This document shows, piece after piece, positions 1 to 12,767 of a stretch of 60,101 nt of DNA (position 1 is the stretch's first letter; the number at the start of each line of letters is the position of its first letter). The stretch spans positions 1-60,101 of the forward strand of contig JBHLON010000021.1 in assembly GCA_048940445.1 (NCBI GenBank), written 5' to 3'. The notes under the pieces were generated by a model that saw only the letters and a program-made list of their open reading frames with translations, was not told the DNA's origin and did no database searches. Made by a program: the position numbers and the translations under genes. Source of the stretch: Promethearchaeota archaeon (GTDB lineage Archaea; Asgardarchaeota; Lokiarchaeia; Sigyniarchaeales; SOKP01).

Positions 1-297
1 TCCTCCTTGCCCAGCACACAATCCTTTAGGATGACCTAAAAATTCAAGTAATAATAAAGTTGGATCTATCCCTCGCATTAAAAATGGTGGTGTTCCACGA
101 TGATCAACTGCTATCGCATCACCATGTTCTAATTGTGAAACTACAGATGCTATTATAGCTTCCTCTCCAGTTCCAAGATGCATTTCACCGGAAATCTTTC
201 CTTTCTCCCATAAATCTTTAACTGCATTCTCGAAAAGGCGACTATATAGCATATTTCGATAGAGCTGCCATATTTCGAACTCGACCATAATATCCAT
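1..297 (-). CDS. TPP-dependent 2-oxoacid/acetoin dehydrogenase E1 alpha subunit (N-terminal part, runs off window start)
   Basis: Manual translation MDIMVEFEIWQLYRNMLYSRLFENAVKDLWRKGKISGEMHLGTGEEAI...DHRG...GLCAGQGG matches E1-alpha N-terminal motifs (R.FE, G..H...GEEA, HR). Alternative ATG at 288. Not in ORF track. Confidence 0.85.
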   Translation of the reverse strand, partial: MDIMVEFEIWQLYRNMLYSRLFENAVKDLWEKGKISGEMHLGTGEEAIIASVVSQLEHGDAIAVDHRGTPPFLMRGIDPTLLLLEFLGHPKGLCAGQGG

Positions 298-452
298 ATA
301 ATTAAACTTCCTTTATCTTTTTTAATTTTTTAAAATATTTTCTAAGATTAGGTGAAAATGGTGTATTTCGTACAAAAATTAGACATCTTATTTAAATTAT
401 TAAAACATTTTTTTTATCTTAATAAAAAGATAGAAATTTATGAGGCGATGTT

Positions 453-686
453 ATGAGATTCTGCCCATATTGTGATAATATCTTAATTCCAAAGCACAAA
501 GTGTTATATTGTAAGGTATGCGAGAAAACTTTCAGCTATGATCTCAAGAATGATGAATACACGATTATACAGGCAATTAAACATGATAATAATGAGTCTA
601 CTTTAGTTATCAAGGAAGGTATAAAAGAGGATAAAATAACTTCAAACGATCGAGAAGCTTTTGAAGATTTCTTTCAAGTTTCTTAA
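453..686 (+). CDS. Short TFS/RpoM-like zinc-ribbon protein (N-terminal ribbon only)
   Basis: MRFCPYCDNILIP...LYCKVC is the RpoM/TFS N-terminal ribbon signature; no C-terminal ribbon. Confidence 0.7.
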   Translation: MRFCPYCDNILIPKHKVLYCKVCEKTFSYDLKNDEYTIIQAIKHDNNESTLVIKEGIKEDKITSNDREAFEDFFQVS

Positions 687-732
687 CTACAAAAATAATT
701 TAAATAATTAGAAATACAATTTCATCAATAAT

Positions 733-758
733 TAGTTAGTATGAATAGTTAGTATGAA
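733..758. repeat. Perfect 13-bp tandem duplication TAGTTAGTATGAA x2
   Basis: Seen directly at 733-745 and 746-758. Confidence 0.9.
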
Positions 759-1354
759 GAAACCCTGAGCTCAATTTGTCTTGACCTCTCAATAGGAAAT
801 TATATAGATAAGCACTAACAATATTTCGATTTAAACTCAAGATCGCAATCCCATCTCAACCGATAACTAGCATTTATTTATCGGAATCATTGAAAAATTT
901 ATTACCCTTCATTTTTTTGTTTTAATTTGTGCTCAATAGGTATCACCGTAAGAGCAGATTACTCAATTTCAGCCATGAGGATTCTCTCTCCTTAGAAGGA
1001 GTTTTTCACAACCTTGACAAATAAAACTATAAAGTCATTTATTCTCTGTAATTTCAATTGTATTTAAATGGCCACAAAATGGACAATGTATTCGATATTT
1101 GTGTCTCATAATATTCGATGAAGATAAATATGAGATTAATATAAATCTTCGTATTAAATTACTTAAATAAATTTTAGATAAACTTAAATAAATCTAAGAT
1201 TGGAAAAAAAATCTAAGAAGAAATCAAATAAAGTTTAAAAAGAATTCATATCTACGATATCAAATAATTGATAACATAATTTTATCAACTGATAAAATTA
1301 GAAATAAATTAGCCAGTTTATAAAAGATTATAATAATATATTGATATTAGCTTT

Positions 1355-2002
1355 ATGGGATTATTTCTATTTGCTTCAGCAGTAAAAAATAAATCTTCAG
1401 TTGAAGTCTCAGCTTCAATTAAATCCTATTTAGCCCGAAGAAATATTAACACAGATGTTAAATCTTTTTCTGAATGGATAGATGCTAAACAAAAGAAAGA
1501 CTATGATATTCATGATGTTATCAGTGAGCCAATTTCAATGACAGCAGTTTACCCAAAGCTGAATAATTGGTCTATTGTAATTTATAATAATTGTCATTTT
1601 GAAGAAAAAGAAATCAGTAAGTTTGTATCGATTCAATTACAAACATTAGTTTCTTTAATTGAAGTATATGATTCTGATGTATGGTATCATTATGTATTTT
1701 TTAATGGTAACCAAGTGGATCAATTTTGTTCATCTCCTGAAGAATATGAGAACCGAGAAAATTGGAATTCACTAAAAGGAAATTTAAAAAAAGTTAGTTT
1801 TTATTTCGATGTGGAAGAACAGATTATCAAACCATATTTCTTCCAATTTAATTCAGAAAATCGATCAAATTACCAGTTTAATAAAGCTCATGAGGATGAT
1901 CGATATCCGTTAGGGAGTGAATGGGTTTTTATTGACTTTTGGAAAAGATTAGGTATTATTTATCCTTCTATGACTCCTGAAATACTGATTATTCATGAAT
2001 AA
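1355..2002 (+). CDS. Hypothetical protein (alpha/beta, YDSD.W motif)
   Basis: 215-aa ORF, ATG start; no confident family. Confidence 0.7.
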   Translation: MGLFLFASAVKNKSSVEVSASIKSYLARRNINTDVKSFSEWIDAKQKKDYDIHDVISEPISMTAVYPKLNNWSIVIYNNCHFEEKEISKFVSIQLQTLVSLIEVYDSDVWYHYVFFNGNQVDQFCSSPEEYENRENWNSLKGNLKKVSFYFDVEEQIIKPYFFQFNSENRSNYQFNKAHEDDRYPLGSEWVFIDFWKRLGIIYPSMTPEILIIHE

Positions 2003-2082
2003 CATTAAAAATAGCTTCTAATCTGTTCTGAAACTCGGGAACTATCAATAATTTTATTCTTGGTAATAAAATTAAGTTAAAT

Positions 2083-3267
2083 CTAATTATTAGGGATATT
2101 AATAGGATATTTACCATATTTTCTTCGAATATTTTGCATTGCTTCAAATCTATCTACAGTTATTGCCGGATTAATGGAATGTCCACTGCTAAATATATAT
2201 CCCCCACCTGGGGCTATCTCTTTAATTAACCTTAATGCATAATTTTCAATTTCAGAGATGGTTCCTGTTGCCAGCATCATAGGACTTAAATTGCCTGCGA
2301 ATGTAATTTGATTTCCAAATTTTTTATTTAATTCAAATATGTCATACTTCGGATTTGCTGTCGTTGGTTCGATGGGATTTATCGCATCTATCCCACATTT
2401 TATTAAGTTTTCAAATATTTCTAATAAGTCTCCATCAGAATGCAGTAAAATCTTAGTGTCTCGTTCATGAGCTGCAGAACAAATCCTTGTTAACCATGGA
2501 AAAATATACTTTTCATAATATTTAGGTCTCATAAATAAACCATTCTTATACCCATAATCATCTAAGAGTACTATTAACTGTGCATCAAGTTCAGCTAAGA
2601 TCTTGACTAATTCTAATGTAAATTTACCTCTGTCATCAAATATTCTCTTTGCTTGCTTAGGTCTGGTTAATATTCTGGAAAAGACTTCTAACCCAAAGCC
2701 TTCCCAGGTTAATTCCATCAAAGCACCCGTGGAAGGAACTGAAAAAATCTCATTTTTTAGTTCTTTTTGGATATCCCTTCCTCCTAGAAAACTATTAATT
2801 CTTGGTTCCCAATTTGGGTCTGGTTGCTCCCAGCTTTCATAATCTTCATAGCTTTTAAAAACACTACCTTGATAACCCAAAATCAAAGTTCCATCTTGAT
2901 AATACTCGAATTTCATTATCCTCCCATATTCATCAATGAATCCGTCTGATTCTTTTAATATTTCACGAGGATAAAGACTAGAAAGAGTCGTCACAATATC
3001 TATACCGGACCTACGGAAAAGTTCATGAGTTTGGATGTATCCCTTTTTGAATGTATCTTTTTTCTCTAAATTTTCTTTTAAAATTTTATTTCCATGTCTC
3101 CTATTCTTTAACTTCAGTATATCATAAACATCTTCTCCTGGAGTGAGACCATAATATCTCATAATTTTATTATTAGTAAAAGTACTTTCAAATGCGGGAA
3201 TTCTATCTGGTTCTTTATGATCAAGTGTCGTCAAAACTCTTTCAGGAGCTTTCATCTTTTCTCTCAC
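2083..3267 (-). CDS. Uroporphyrinogen decarboxylase / MtaA-CmuA methyltransferase family protein
   Basis: ERV...HKEPDRIP N-terminus, DEYG, DDYG, HSDG, GNL, GGGYIFSSGHSI. Confidence 0.85.
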   Translation of the reverse strand: MREKMKAPERVLTTLDHKEPDRIPAFESTFTNNKIMRYYGLTPGEDVYDILKLKNRRHGNKILKENLEKKDTFKKGYIQTHELFRRSGIDIVTTLSSLYPREILKESDGFIDEYGRIMKFEYYQDGTLILGYQGSVFKSYEDYESWEQPDPNWEPRINSFLGGRDIQKELKNEIFSVPSTGALMELTWEGFGLEVFSRILTRPKQAKRIFDDRGKFTLELVKILAELDAQLIVLLDDYGYKNGLFMRPKYYEKYIFPWLTRICSAAHERDTKILLHSDGDLLEIFENLIKCGIDAINPIEPTTANPKYDIFELNKKFGNQITFAGNLSPMMLATGTISEIENYALRLIKEIAPGGGYIFSSGHSINPAITVDRFEAMQNIRRKYGKYPINIPNN

Positions 3268-3280
3268 TATTTTAATACTT

Positions 3281-4717
3281 TCAATAAAAGAATCTCCAAT
3301 CGTTTCTCTCTAAACGACTCCAGAATTGTCTCACAAATTTAGCAATTTCATCGTTTCCTTTCATCAATTCTTTTAGAGCAAGTAATAATTTTTCTTCTCC
3401 AAATTTAAGGATTGGAAAAAGCGATAATTTTTTTAAATTTTCATCTTTGAAATATTCAAAATTTTTTAGACAATATTCAACTAAATCAGTTTTTTTCAAA
3501 TCTATAATCAGTTTTAAAACCAATTCTTTTTTCTCTTCTAAATTATTTTCATTATCATCAAAATTCTCTAAGATTCTTATAAACTCTCTTTTTAGGGCTT
3601 GCAATTTATCAAGAATTTCGGGATTGGTAACTAAGAACTCTCTTATGAAATCTAAACTCCAGTTATCTCCAGAGTTAAGAAAGCTAACGATCTTGTCTTC
3701 GTTCAAAGTATTTAATTCCTGCATTTCAATAATAAGGGGTCCATCGATGATTTGATATTTTTTTATATAGTCAATGACAATTTCTTTCCAATTTTCGATA
3801 TTTTCCTTTAACACTAAGATTGCTTTTAGTATGTCAGTTATTAATCGAGGGTTCTCACTTTCATTTAATTTTTGCAGAAGAATCTTCTTAAACCTCTCAT
3901 TGGTTTTGTAACTTTTCGCAATTTGATCTAAAGAATCAAATGGATAATTCAAGGTGGTCAAAAACTCAAGAGTTTCTTCTTCAAGGGGCAACGCTAATAC
4001 AGCTGCAACTCTAAAAATATTCTTTTTAAGTTCCATTTTGTTATTTAAAAGCTCTTGATTGTTTCTTTTTTCTTCTTTAATTTCAGTTAAGTACATTTTA
4101 AACAATTCTGTAATAGCATTTATGTCTTTTAATTCAACAATTTTACCTAAATTCTCAAATGCTTTCACTATATATGTGTTTAAGTTATAGTCTCCTCTCC
4201 TAACTTTCTTGCCTTGTCTTAGAATTAATGTTTCTATCAATGGATCAGGAGTTTTAGCTACAATATTTTCCAATAATTCTCCTATAACATAATCTATTTC
4301 ACCTTCAAAGGATTTACAATACTCAAAAACAGGCTCAAAGACTAAAGAGTTATCTAATTCACAAATTCTTCTTACATGATGTTCTCTTAGTGAAGTTCGT
4401 ATTTCTGTTGATCCCCCATAATACAAAACTTCCCTTTTATCCTTTAACATCTCTGAAATGACATTTTGGATTCTTAATTTTATATCTTCTTCCACAATTT
4501 TACTTTCCTCTAAAATATAAAATATTCCTAAGAAACTCCAAGCCCTAAGTATGACCTCATTTGTATCAAAAAGGTCAAGAAAAAAGTTTAAATCTTTTTT
4601 ATTTACAATCGGTTTAAAGATGTTTTTAAAAGTGGAAGTAAGCTCATCTTTAGGGCTAACTTCTATAGGAGAATAACCCTTTCTTAATTTATTTACAATT
4701 TTTTCTTTGTATGACAT
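3281..4717 (-). CDS. Hypothetical alpha-helical (HEAT/ARM-like) protein
   Basis: 478-aa Leu/Glu/Lys-rich helical ORF, 13 bp upstream of the UroD-family gene. Confidence 0.6.
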   Translation of the reverse strand: MSYKEKIVNKLRKGYSPIEVSPKDELTSTFKNIFKPIVNKKDLNFFLDLFDTNEVILRAWSFLGIFYILEESKIVEEDIKLRIQNVISEMLKDKREVLYYGGSTEIRTSLREHHVRRICELDNSLVFEPVFEYCKSFEGEIDYVIGELLENIVAKTPDPLIETLILRQGKKVRRGDYNLNTYIVKAFENLGKIVELKDINAITELFKMYLTEIKEEKRNNQELLNNKMELKKNIFRVAAVLALPLEEETLEFLTTLNYPFDSLDQIAKSYKTNERFKKILLQKLNESENPRLITDILKAILVLKENIENWKEIVIDYIKKYQIIDGPLIIEMQELNTLNEDKIVSFLNSGDNWSLDFIREFLVTNPEILDKLQALKREFIRILENFDDNENNLEEKKELVLKLIIDLKKTDLVEYCLKNFEYFKDENLKKLSLFPILKFGEEKLLLALKELMKGNDEIAKFVRQFWSRLERNDWRFFY

Positions 4718-4837
4718 GCTTATACAAATTCTATTTTATTAGGCATATTAATATTTTCATAATTTTTTATTTTTCTTGCCAATTTCCATCTTGATAAAAA
4801 AGAAAAGTTGATTAAAAAGATAAAAAATTAAGATCTA

Positions 4838-7188
<2,351 letters not shown>

Positions 7189-7231
7189 TAAAGAGAAGGA
7201 GAAAAATAAAAAATATAAAATAACTCTACTA

Positions 7232-7681
7232 TTAATCCTTTAATAGCTCTATGATGTGATCAGTAATTTTTTTTTCTAATTTAATATCATTAGGATAACC
7301 TTTAACCAAACCTTCAGAAATTTTCTTGTTTAAATATTCTTCAAGATCATTTTCATAGTCAAAATCATCTAAAATGCTAAAAACTTCTTTTTCTAAAACT
7401 TCTTTTAGAAAGATAAACAGTACAATATCTTTAGCTTCTTCTATGTAATTAGAACCTACAACAAGGATATAATTATCATAAAAAAGTTTTCCTTGATAAC
7501 AGAATATATTTGAATTTCCCCATATTTTTAATTTGTATTTGAGGAAGTCTAATACTCCAATAATATCTAAAGGATTTTTCTCTATTTGGAGTTTGAAGCA
7601 AATTCCGACTTTTTCTTTAATATCATATTTAGAATACAAATCCTTAATTTTTTGTATTAAATCATTTAATTGAAAATTCAT
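7232..7681 (-). CDS. Hypothetical protein
   Basis: 149-aa ORF; start codon overlaps the stop of the upstream gene (translational coupling). Confidence 0.6.
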   Translation of the reverse strand: MNFQLNDLIQKIKDLYSKYDIKEKVGICFKLQIEKNPLDIIGVLDFLKYKLKIWGNSNIFCYQGKLFYDNYILVVGSNYIEEAKDIVLFIFLKEVLEKEVFSILDDFDYENDLEEYLNKKISEGLVKGYPNDIKLEKKITDHIIELLKD

Positions 7682-8160
7682 TTTTCGTTTTTCTCATCAC
7701 TTAATATAGATTCTAACAATTCTGCAGAACTTATAATAAATTTAGGACATAACTCCTCAAATAAATTGTCTCTTTCAGCTTTTTCGCTTCCCTCAATAGT
7801 GCTGATATCGCATCCAAGAAGCTCTCTACATATAATTGTTCCATTAATACTTTTAAACTTATTTATAAATTCTTTCCCCATCTCATATGTCAAATCTTTA
7901 TTCATTTGGTCTTCAATGTCTAAATTTCTATATTTTAAACCTATAACCATTAAAGCTCCTGTAACCGCTCCACAAGTATTTCCAGTTCTGGCGATTCCTC
8001 CTCCAAAAGTACTTGCTATTTTATATGCTAGATCTTCATCAATACCATATTTTGGACCATAAGTCTTAAGTATTGTTTGAGAACAACTATGACCATGACT
8101 GAAAAAAGATTTAACTTTATCAATTTGACTCATATAATTTCTAATTAAACAAAGCTTCAT
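7678..8160 (-). CDS. C_GCAxxG_C_C family putative redox-active protein
   Basis: SCSQ, FGGG, TCGAVTG, ICRELLG, CPK motifs. Confidence 0.9.
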   Translation of the reverse strand: MKLCLIRNYMSQIDKVKSFFSHGHSCSQTILKTYGPKYGIDEDLAYKIASTFGGGIARTGNTCGAVTGALMVIGLKYRNLDIEDQMNKDLTYEMGKEFINKFKSINGTIICRELLGCDISTIEGSEKAERDNLFEELCPKFIISSAELLESILSDEKNEK

Positions 8161-8239
8161 ATATTTTTCTAGGAGATTATTAATTTGCTTTGAAAATTTA
8201 AATTGATCCTAATATTACTAGAAACATTAATATTTTTCT

Positions 8240-8773
8240 GTGGGGAAAATGAATAAATCAAATGTCGATTTTCGTGGAATGAGCTTTCTCTTTAGGATCC
8301 GGGATCTATTTCATCCTCCAATAGAAAAGGTCGAAAAGGCGGGAATTAACGAGGGAGATTATGTACTAGATTATGGATGCGGTCCTGGAAGTTATACACT
8401 GGCAGCAGCAGAAAAAGTTGGTCCTAACGGGAGGGTAGTTGCTGCTGATATTCATCCATTAGCAATTAAGAAAGTGGAAAATAAAGCAAATAAAAAAAAT
8501 TTTAAAAATATAGAAACTATCCAAACAGATTGCAAAACTAACCTTGAAGATAACACTATTGATGTAATAATTTGTTTTGATGTACTACACGGAATCGAAG
8601 ATAAAGAATGTATTATAAAGGAATTTTTCCGAGTTTTAAAACCAAATTCCATTTTATCCTTTGATGATCATCATATGAAAGAAGATGAAATAATCGAATT
8701 AATCACTTTAAATAACTTATTTGAATTAAAAAAAAAAAGAGAAAAGCAGTATAATTTCATAAAGATTGAATAA
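8240..8773 (+). CDS. Class I SAM-dependent methyltransferase
   Basis: VLDYGCGPG motif I, ADI, RVLKP. Confidence 0.9.
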   Translation: MGKMNKSNVDFRGMSFLFRIRDLFHPPIEKVEKAGINEGDYVLDYGCGPGSYTLAAAEKVGPNGRVVAADIHPLAIKKVENKANKKNFKNIETIQTDCKTNLEDNTIDVIICFDVLHGIEDKECIIKEFFRVLKPNSILSFDDHHMKEDEIIELITLNNLFELKKKREKQYNFIKIE

Positions 8774-8816
8774 TTAATTCTAACCAAAGTAGCTTAAACT
8801 TGATTTAAAAGTTAAC

Positions 8817-10877
8817 TTAATTAATCGTTATTTCTAATTTTAAAAGATCCTCAAGCTTAGATGAAGAACCTACATAAATTGAGTATACAATGGCTTCAAT
8901 CTCCCATGATTTTGATTCTGGATTATACCATGCTAAATCTCTTTTTAAAAATTCTATATGTACTCTTTTAGTTTCATTTGATTTCAAGTTTATTCTTTTA
9001 AATCCTTTTAGAAGCTTTATTGGACGCTCAATTCTTGAGTTCTCAAAACCTACATATACTTGAACAATTTCTTCTCCATCACACTTTCCAATATTTGTAA
9101 CATCAACCTTCACAATAACTTTATCATCTGTTGCTTCTAAATGTAAATTATCATACTTATATTTAGTATAACTTAATCCAAAACCAAAGGCGAAGGCTGG
9201 TTCTATAGATTCTTTCTCAAATTTGGTATAACCATGATAATATTTGTACTCAATTTCAGCAACAAAGGCATTGAAATAAGGTAATTCTGAAGTATTTTTA
9301 GGGATTGTAAAGGGTAACTTCCCACTAGGATTAATCTTACCAAAAATGACATTAGCTAGAGCAGTTCCTCCTTCCATTCCGGAATACCAACTCATTATAA
9401 TGGCCGGAACATTATGCTTCCATTCTTCTACTATTATTGCACTTCCTCCAACTAATATGACCACACAATTAGGATTTACTTTTGAAATCGCATTAATGAG
9501 CTTAACTTCTCTGGATTTAAGCCTAAGGTCTAATCTATCTCCAACTTTTCTAGGATATTCCTTGATATATTCTCCCTCATCTTTATAAGTATACCCTACA
9601 ACTAATATGACAGCATCAGTAGTTTGTGCTACATCTAAAGCATTTTTTAAATTAAAGCCATTTTGGTAAACAACATCAATATCTTTTCCGGCAAAATTCT
9701 TTATACCTTGCAATACAGTAGTAACATTTTCTTGTCTGACTCGACTACTCCCATGATCTCCAGTATTTTTTAATTCGGCTAAACGTCCAATAACAGCTAT
9801 TTTTTTTAGATGTTCTTTTTGCAGGGGAAGAATATCTTGTTCATTCTTAAGTAGAACCATGCTCTTTTCGGCTATTTTTTGAGCTAATTGAATATGTTCC
9901 TCACAACCAACTAAGCTTTCATCATACTTTTGAGGGTCTTCCCTCATAACAAATTTCAATACAGTAAGGATTATTCTTTTGGCAGATTCATCAATCAACT
10001 CAGGAGAGACTAATCCTTTTTTTACAGCTTTGATTAATTTGTGACCGTAATATTTAGGTCTTGGCATTTCAACATCCAATCCGCCCTTAATACCTTTAAT
10101 TGTGTTATAAAGTCCATCCATCCAATCGGAATGTACGAAACCTTTAAAGTTCCATTCTTCCTTTAGGATAGTCTTTAATAAATAAGAATTTTGCCCACAA
10201 TATTCTCCTCGAAGTTTATTATAAGCTGACATAACAGTTGCGCATCCTTGATCGATGCATCGCTTAAAGTGTGGTAGATAGACTTCTCGTAGAGTACGTT
10301 CATCCATTCTTACATTGACTTTAAACCTTGAAAACTCTATGCTATTTGCGGCAAAATGTTTAATAGTTGCCATTACATTATGCTTTTGTACCCCTCGAAC
10401 TAAAGAACTACCCATTTCTCCAAGAAGAAATGTATCTTCTCCGTATGTTTCTTGAGCTCTTCCCCATGATGGATGACGTAATAAATTGATACAAACACCT
10501 CCAAAAAGATTTGCTCCACGAGCTCTTGCTTCCTTACCTATCGCTTCACCAACCTTTTCCTCTAAATTAATATCCCAAGTAGCAGCCCGTGCCATAGATA
10601 CAGGAAAGCAAGTGGATCCTGGTATAATCACCCCTCTAGGGCCATCAGTAAACATAAAAGGAGGAATATTAAGGCGTTTAACACCACCACCTGGATAAGG
10701 GCGAGCACCAATTTTTCTATCTTTTAATAGAAACTTGTAAAAATGATGCCCAGACATTAAGTAGACCTTTTCTCTTAGAGTTAATTGAGGAATTATCTTC
10801 TCAACGTATTCTTCTATTTTTTTTTCATTCATTCCTTTGTAAATGCTATTTGAAACCATAATTAAATTAAGAGTCAA
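8817..10877 (-). CDS. Glycoside hydrolase family 3 beta-glucosidase with C-terminal Fn3-like domain (probable start ATG 10832)
   Basis: TDGPRG, GRAQETYGED, KHF, MSAYN, SDW nucleophile, LLKN, PSGKLP, FGFGLSYT. Confidence 0.95.
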   Translation of the reverse strand: MTLNLIMVSNSIYKGMNEKKIEEYVEKIIPQLTLREKVYLMSGHHFYKFLLKDRKIGARPYPGGGVKRLNIPPFMFTDGPRGVIIPGSTCFPVSMARAATWDINLEEKVGEAIGKEARARGANLFGGVCINLLRHPSWGRAQETYGEDTFLLGEMGSSLVRGVQKHNVMATIKHFAANSIEFSRFKVNVRMDERTLREVYLPHFKRCIDQGCATVMSAYNKLRGEYCGQNSYLLKTILKEEWNFKGFVHSDWMDGLYNTIKGIKGGLDVEMPRPKYYGHKLIKAVKKGLVSPELIDESAKRIILTVLKFVMREDPQKYDESLVGCEEHIQLAQKIAEKSMVLLKNEQDILPLQKEHLKKIAVIGRLAELKNTGDHGSSRVRQENVTTVLQGIKNFAGKDIDVVYQNGFNLKNALDVAQTTDAVILVVGYTYKDEGEYIKEYPRKVGDRLDLRLKSREVKLINAISKVNPNCVVILVGGSAIIVEEWKHNVPAIIMSWYSGMEGGTALANVIFGKINPSGKLPFTIPKNTSELPYFNAFVAEIEYKYYHGYTKFEKESIEPAFAFGFGLSYTKYKYDNLHLEATDDKVIVKVDVTNIGKCDGEEIVQVYVGFENSRIERPIKLLKGFKRINLKSNETKRVHIEFLKRDLAWYNPESKSWEIEAIVYSIYVGSSSKLEDLLKLEITIN

Positions 10878-11035
10878 TATAATATCCTTAATTATTTGAG
10901 GAAATTAATGATTTATTTAAAATCTAGTGCAAATAGAGAATATTTGACTTTTTTGATATAAACTTGAAAAAATTTTATCTGGAATTGAGGGTTTATATAA
11001 TATAAATCATACAAGAGACCGGCGTAAAAAAAGTA

Positions 11036-12298
11036 ATGGAAAATGAATTACAGAATTACATGTATAAATTCATTGAAAATATTTGTAATGAAATTGGACC
11101 AAGAGAATCTGGGACTGTAGAAGAAATTCTAACAGGTAATAAAATAGAAGAAGAATTTAAAAAAATTTGTGATGAAGCTTACCAAGAAGAATATAGTAGT
11201 CATCCTCATGCCTTTCTTGGTGGAATACGTTATGGTGCGATACTAGTTTTGATTGCAATTAGTCTATATTGGTTATCATTATTGATTGAGCTAAATAATT
11301 GGCGAATTGAATCATTTTATAGTACCTTATTCATTATCATTGCAGTTGTTTTAGTTGCTATTGCAATCTGTTACTTTATTTTGAATGTAATGAAATATTA
11401 TGAAGTCTTTGATTTTCTTTTTCCAAGAAAGAAATCAAAAAATGTAATTGGGATTATTGACCCTTCTGAAGAGGTAAAAAATACTATCATTTTTTCTGCA
11501 CATCATGATTCTGCTTTTGAATTCAATACATTCTATTACTTTGGACGGCTGGGACAAATCATAATTAATTTAGGTTACTTTGGAGTAGCAGTTATTTTTA
11601 TAATACTCCTTTTAAAACTTATATTTCAGTTGATATCTTTTAACTTCGAAATTTTATTTTTCTCCTTTGGTATATTTTTTTTAGCATTTACACCAATAGG
11701 AATTGTTTATATATTTTTTCACAGTTATCACCCTGTTCCTGGAGCTGTTGATAACTTATCGGGAGTTTCTATTATAATGGGAATAGGAAAGTATCTTTTT
11801 GAAAATAAAAATAATCAAGATATATATCCTACAAATACCAGAGTATATCTAATATCTTTTGCTGGTGAAGAAGCAGGGCTAAGAGGATCTAAAAGATATA
11901 TAATGTCTCATATTAAAGAATTAAAAGAGAATCAAACTATAGTTATCAATTATGATAGTATAGCTAAAAAGGATATTCTCATATGCATAGATAGAGAACC
12001 AGGAATTGGAGCTAAACATGATCCTATAGTCTTTAAAACCTTATATAAGATTGCTAGCAACCTTAATAAGAATGCGAAAATAAGCTCGGTTCCTTTCGGA
12101 GCAACGGATGCAGCAGCGTTTAGCAAAAAGAAGATTCCTGCTACCTCGTTTTTCGGTTTGAGTTTAAAAGATGAACTTGTCCCCTATTATCATACAAGAA
12201 AAGATCAACCTGAAGTAATAGAAAAAGAAGCATTAGGACAAGCAGTTCAAATTGGTGTTAAGTATTTAAAATGGATAGATTCAGAAAACAAGAAGTAA
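11036..12298 (+). CDS. M28 family metallopeptidase with inserted transmembrane segments
   Basis: SAHHDS, GAVDNLSG, GEEAGLRGS, TD, YHT..D; four hydrophobic helices. Confidence 0.88.
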   Translation: MENELQNYMYKFIENICNEIGPRESGTVEEILTGNKIEEEFKKICDEAYQEEYSSHPHAFLGGIRYGAILVLIAISLYWLSLLIELNNWRIESFYSTLFIIIAVVLVAIAICYFILNVMKYYEVFDFLFPRKKSKNVIGIIDPSEEVKNTIIFSAHHDSAFEFNTFYYFGRLGQIIINLGYFGVAVIFIILLLKLIFQLISFNFEILFFSFGIFFLAFTPIGIVYIFFHSYHPVPGAVDNLSGVSIIMGIGKYLFENKNNQDIYPTNTRVYLISFAGEEAGLRGSKRYIMSHIKELKENQTIVINYDSIAKKDILICIDREPGIGAKHDPIVFKTLYKIASNLNKNAKISSVPFGATDAAAFSKKKIPATSFFGLSLKDELVPYYHTRKDQPEVIEKEALGQAVQIGVKYLKWIDSENKK

Positions 12299-12309
12299 TT
12301 ATGTAATTT

Positions 12310-12705
12310 TTAATATAATAATCTTAATTTTCTTATATAATCTTCAATATTGGTGAATAGATTATTGATTTTCGAGTTTTCGTTTAATATGAGTGAGAGA
12401 AATGTTTTCTCGTCACACACAATAATTATGATAGTATAATGTTCTAATTCTACAACAGCTTTATTAAATGTTTTTCCTCCAATAGTTTTCCCCAAACCTA
12501 TTATACTTTCTAATGCAGAGGCACACATAGAAGAAAATTCGTCAGCGTTAAATTGCGGACATTCTTCAGTTAAATTTTCTGAAATTATACTTCCTTCTCT
12601 AAATGAAAGTAATACTCCTTTTAACTTACCTTCAATTTTTATTTTTTTTAAGATCTGGGTTAAGATTTTCAATTTTTGGTCCTTACGTGACCCTATATCA
12701 TTCAT
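12310..12705 (-). CDS. Roadblock/LC7 domain protein
   Basis: GVLLSFREGSIISE...FSSMCAS pattern and size typical of roadblock fold. Confidence 0.75.
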   Translation of the reverse strand: MNDIGSRKDQKLKILTQILKKIKIEGKLKGVLLSFREGSIISENLTEECPQFNADEFSSMCASALESIIGLGKTIGGKTFNKAVVELEHYTIIIIVCDEKTFLSLILNENSKINNLFTNIEDYIRKLRLLY

Positions 12706-12767
12706 TTTCTGTGTGGAGAAATCTTCTAATAAATAAGTTAATTAATCCTTCTATAAATTTTTAATAT

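Noticed and set aside
760-1020. RNase P RNA or TPP riboswitch
   Set aside because: Only loose resemblance (GAAAAACTCC, GCTGA); the matching P4 partner and other conserved blocks are not found
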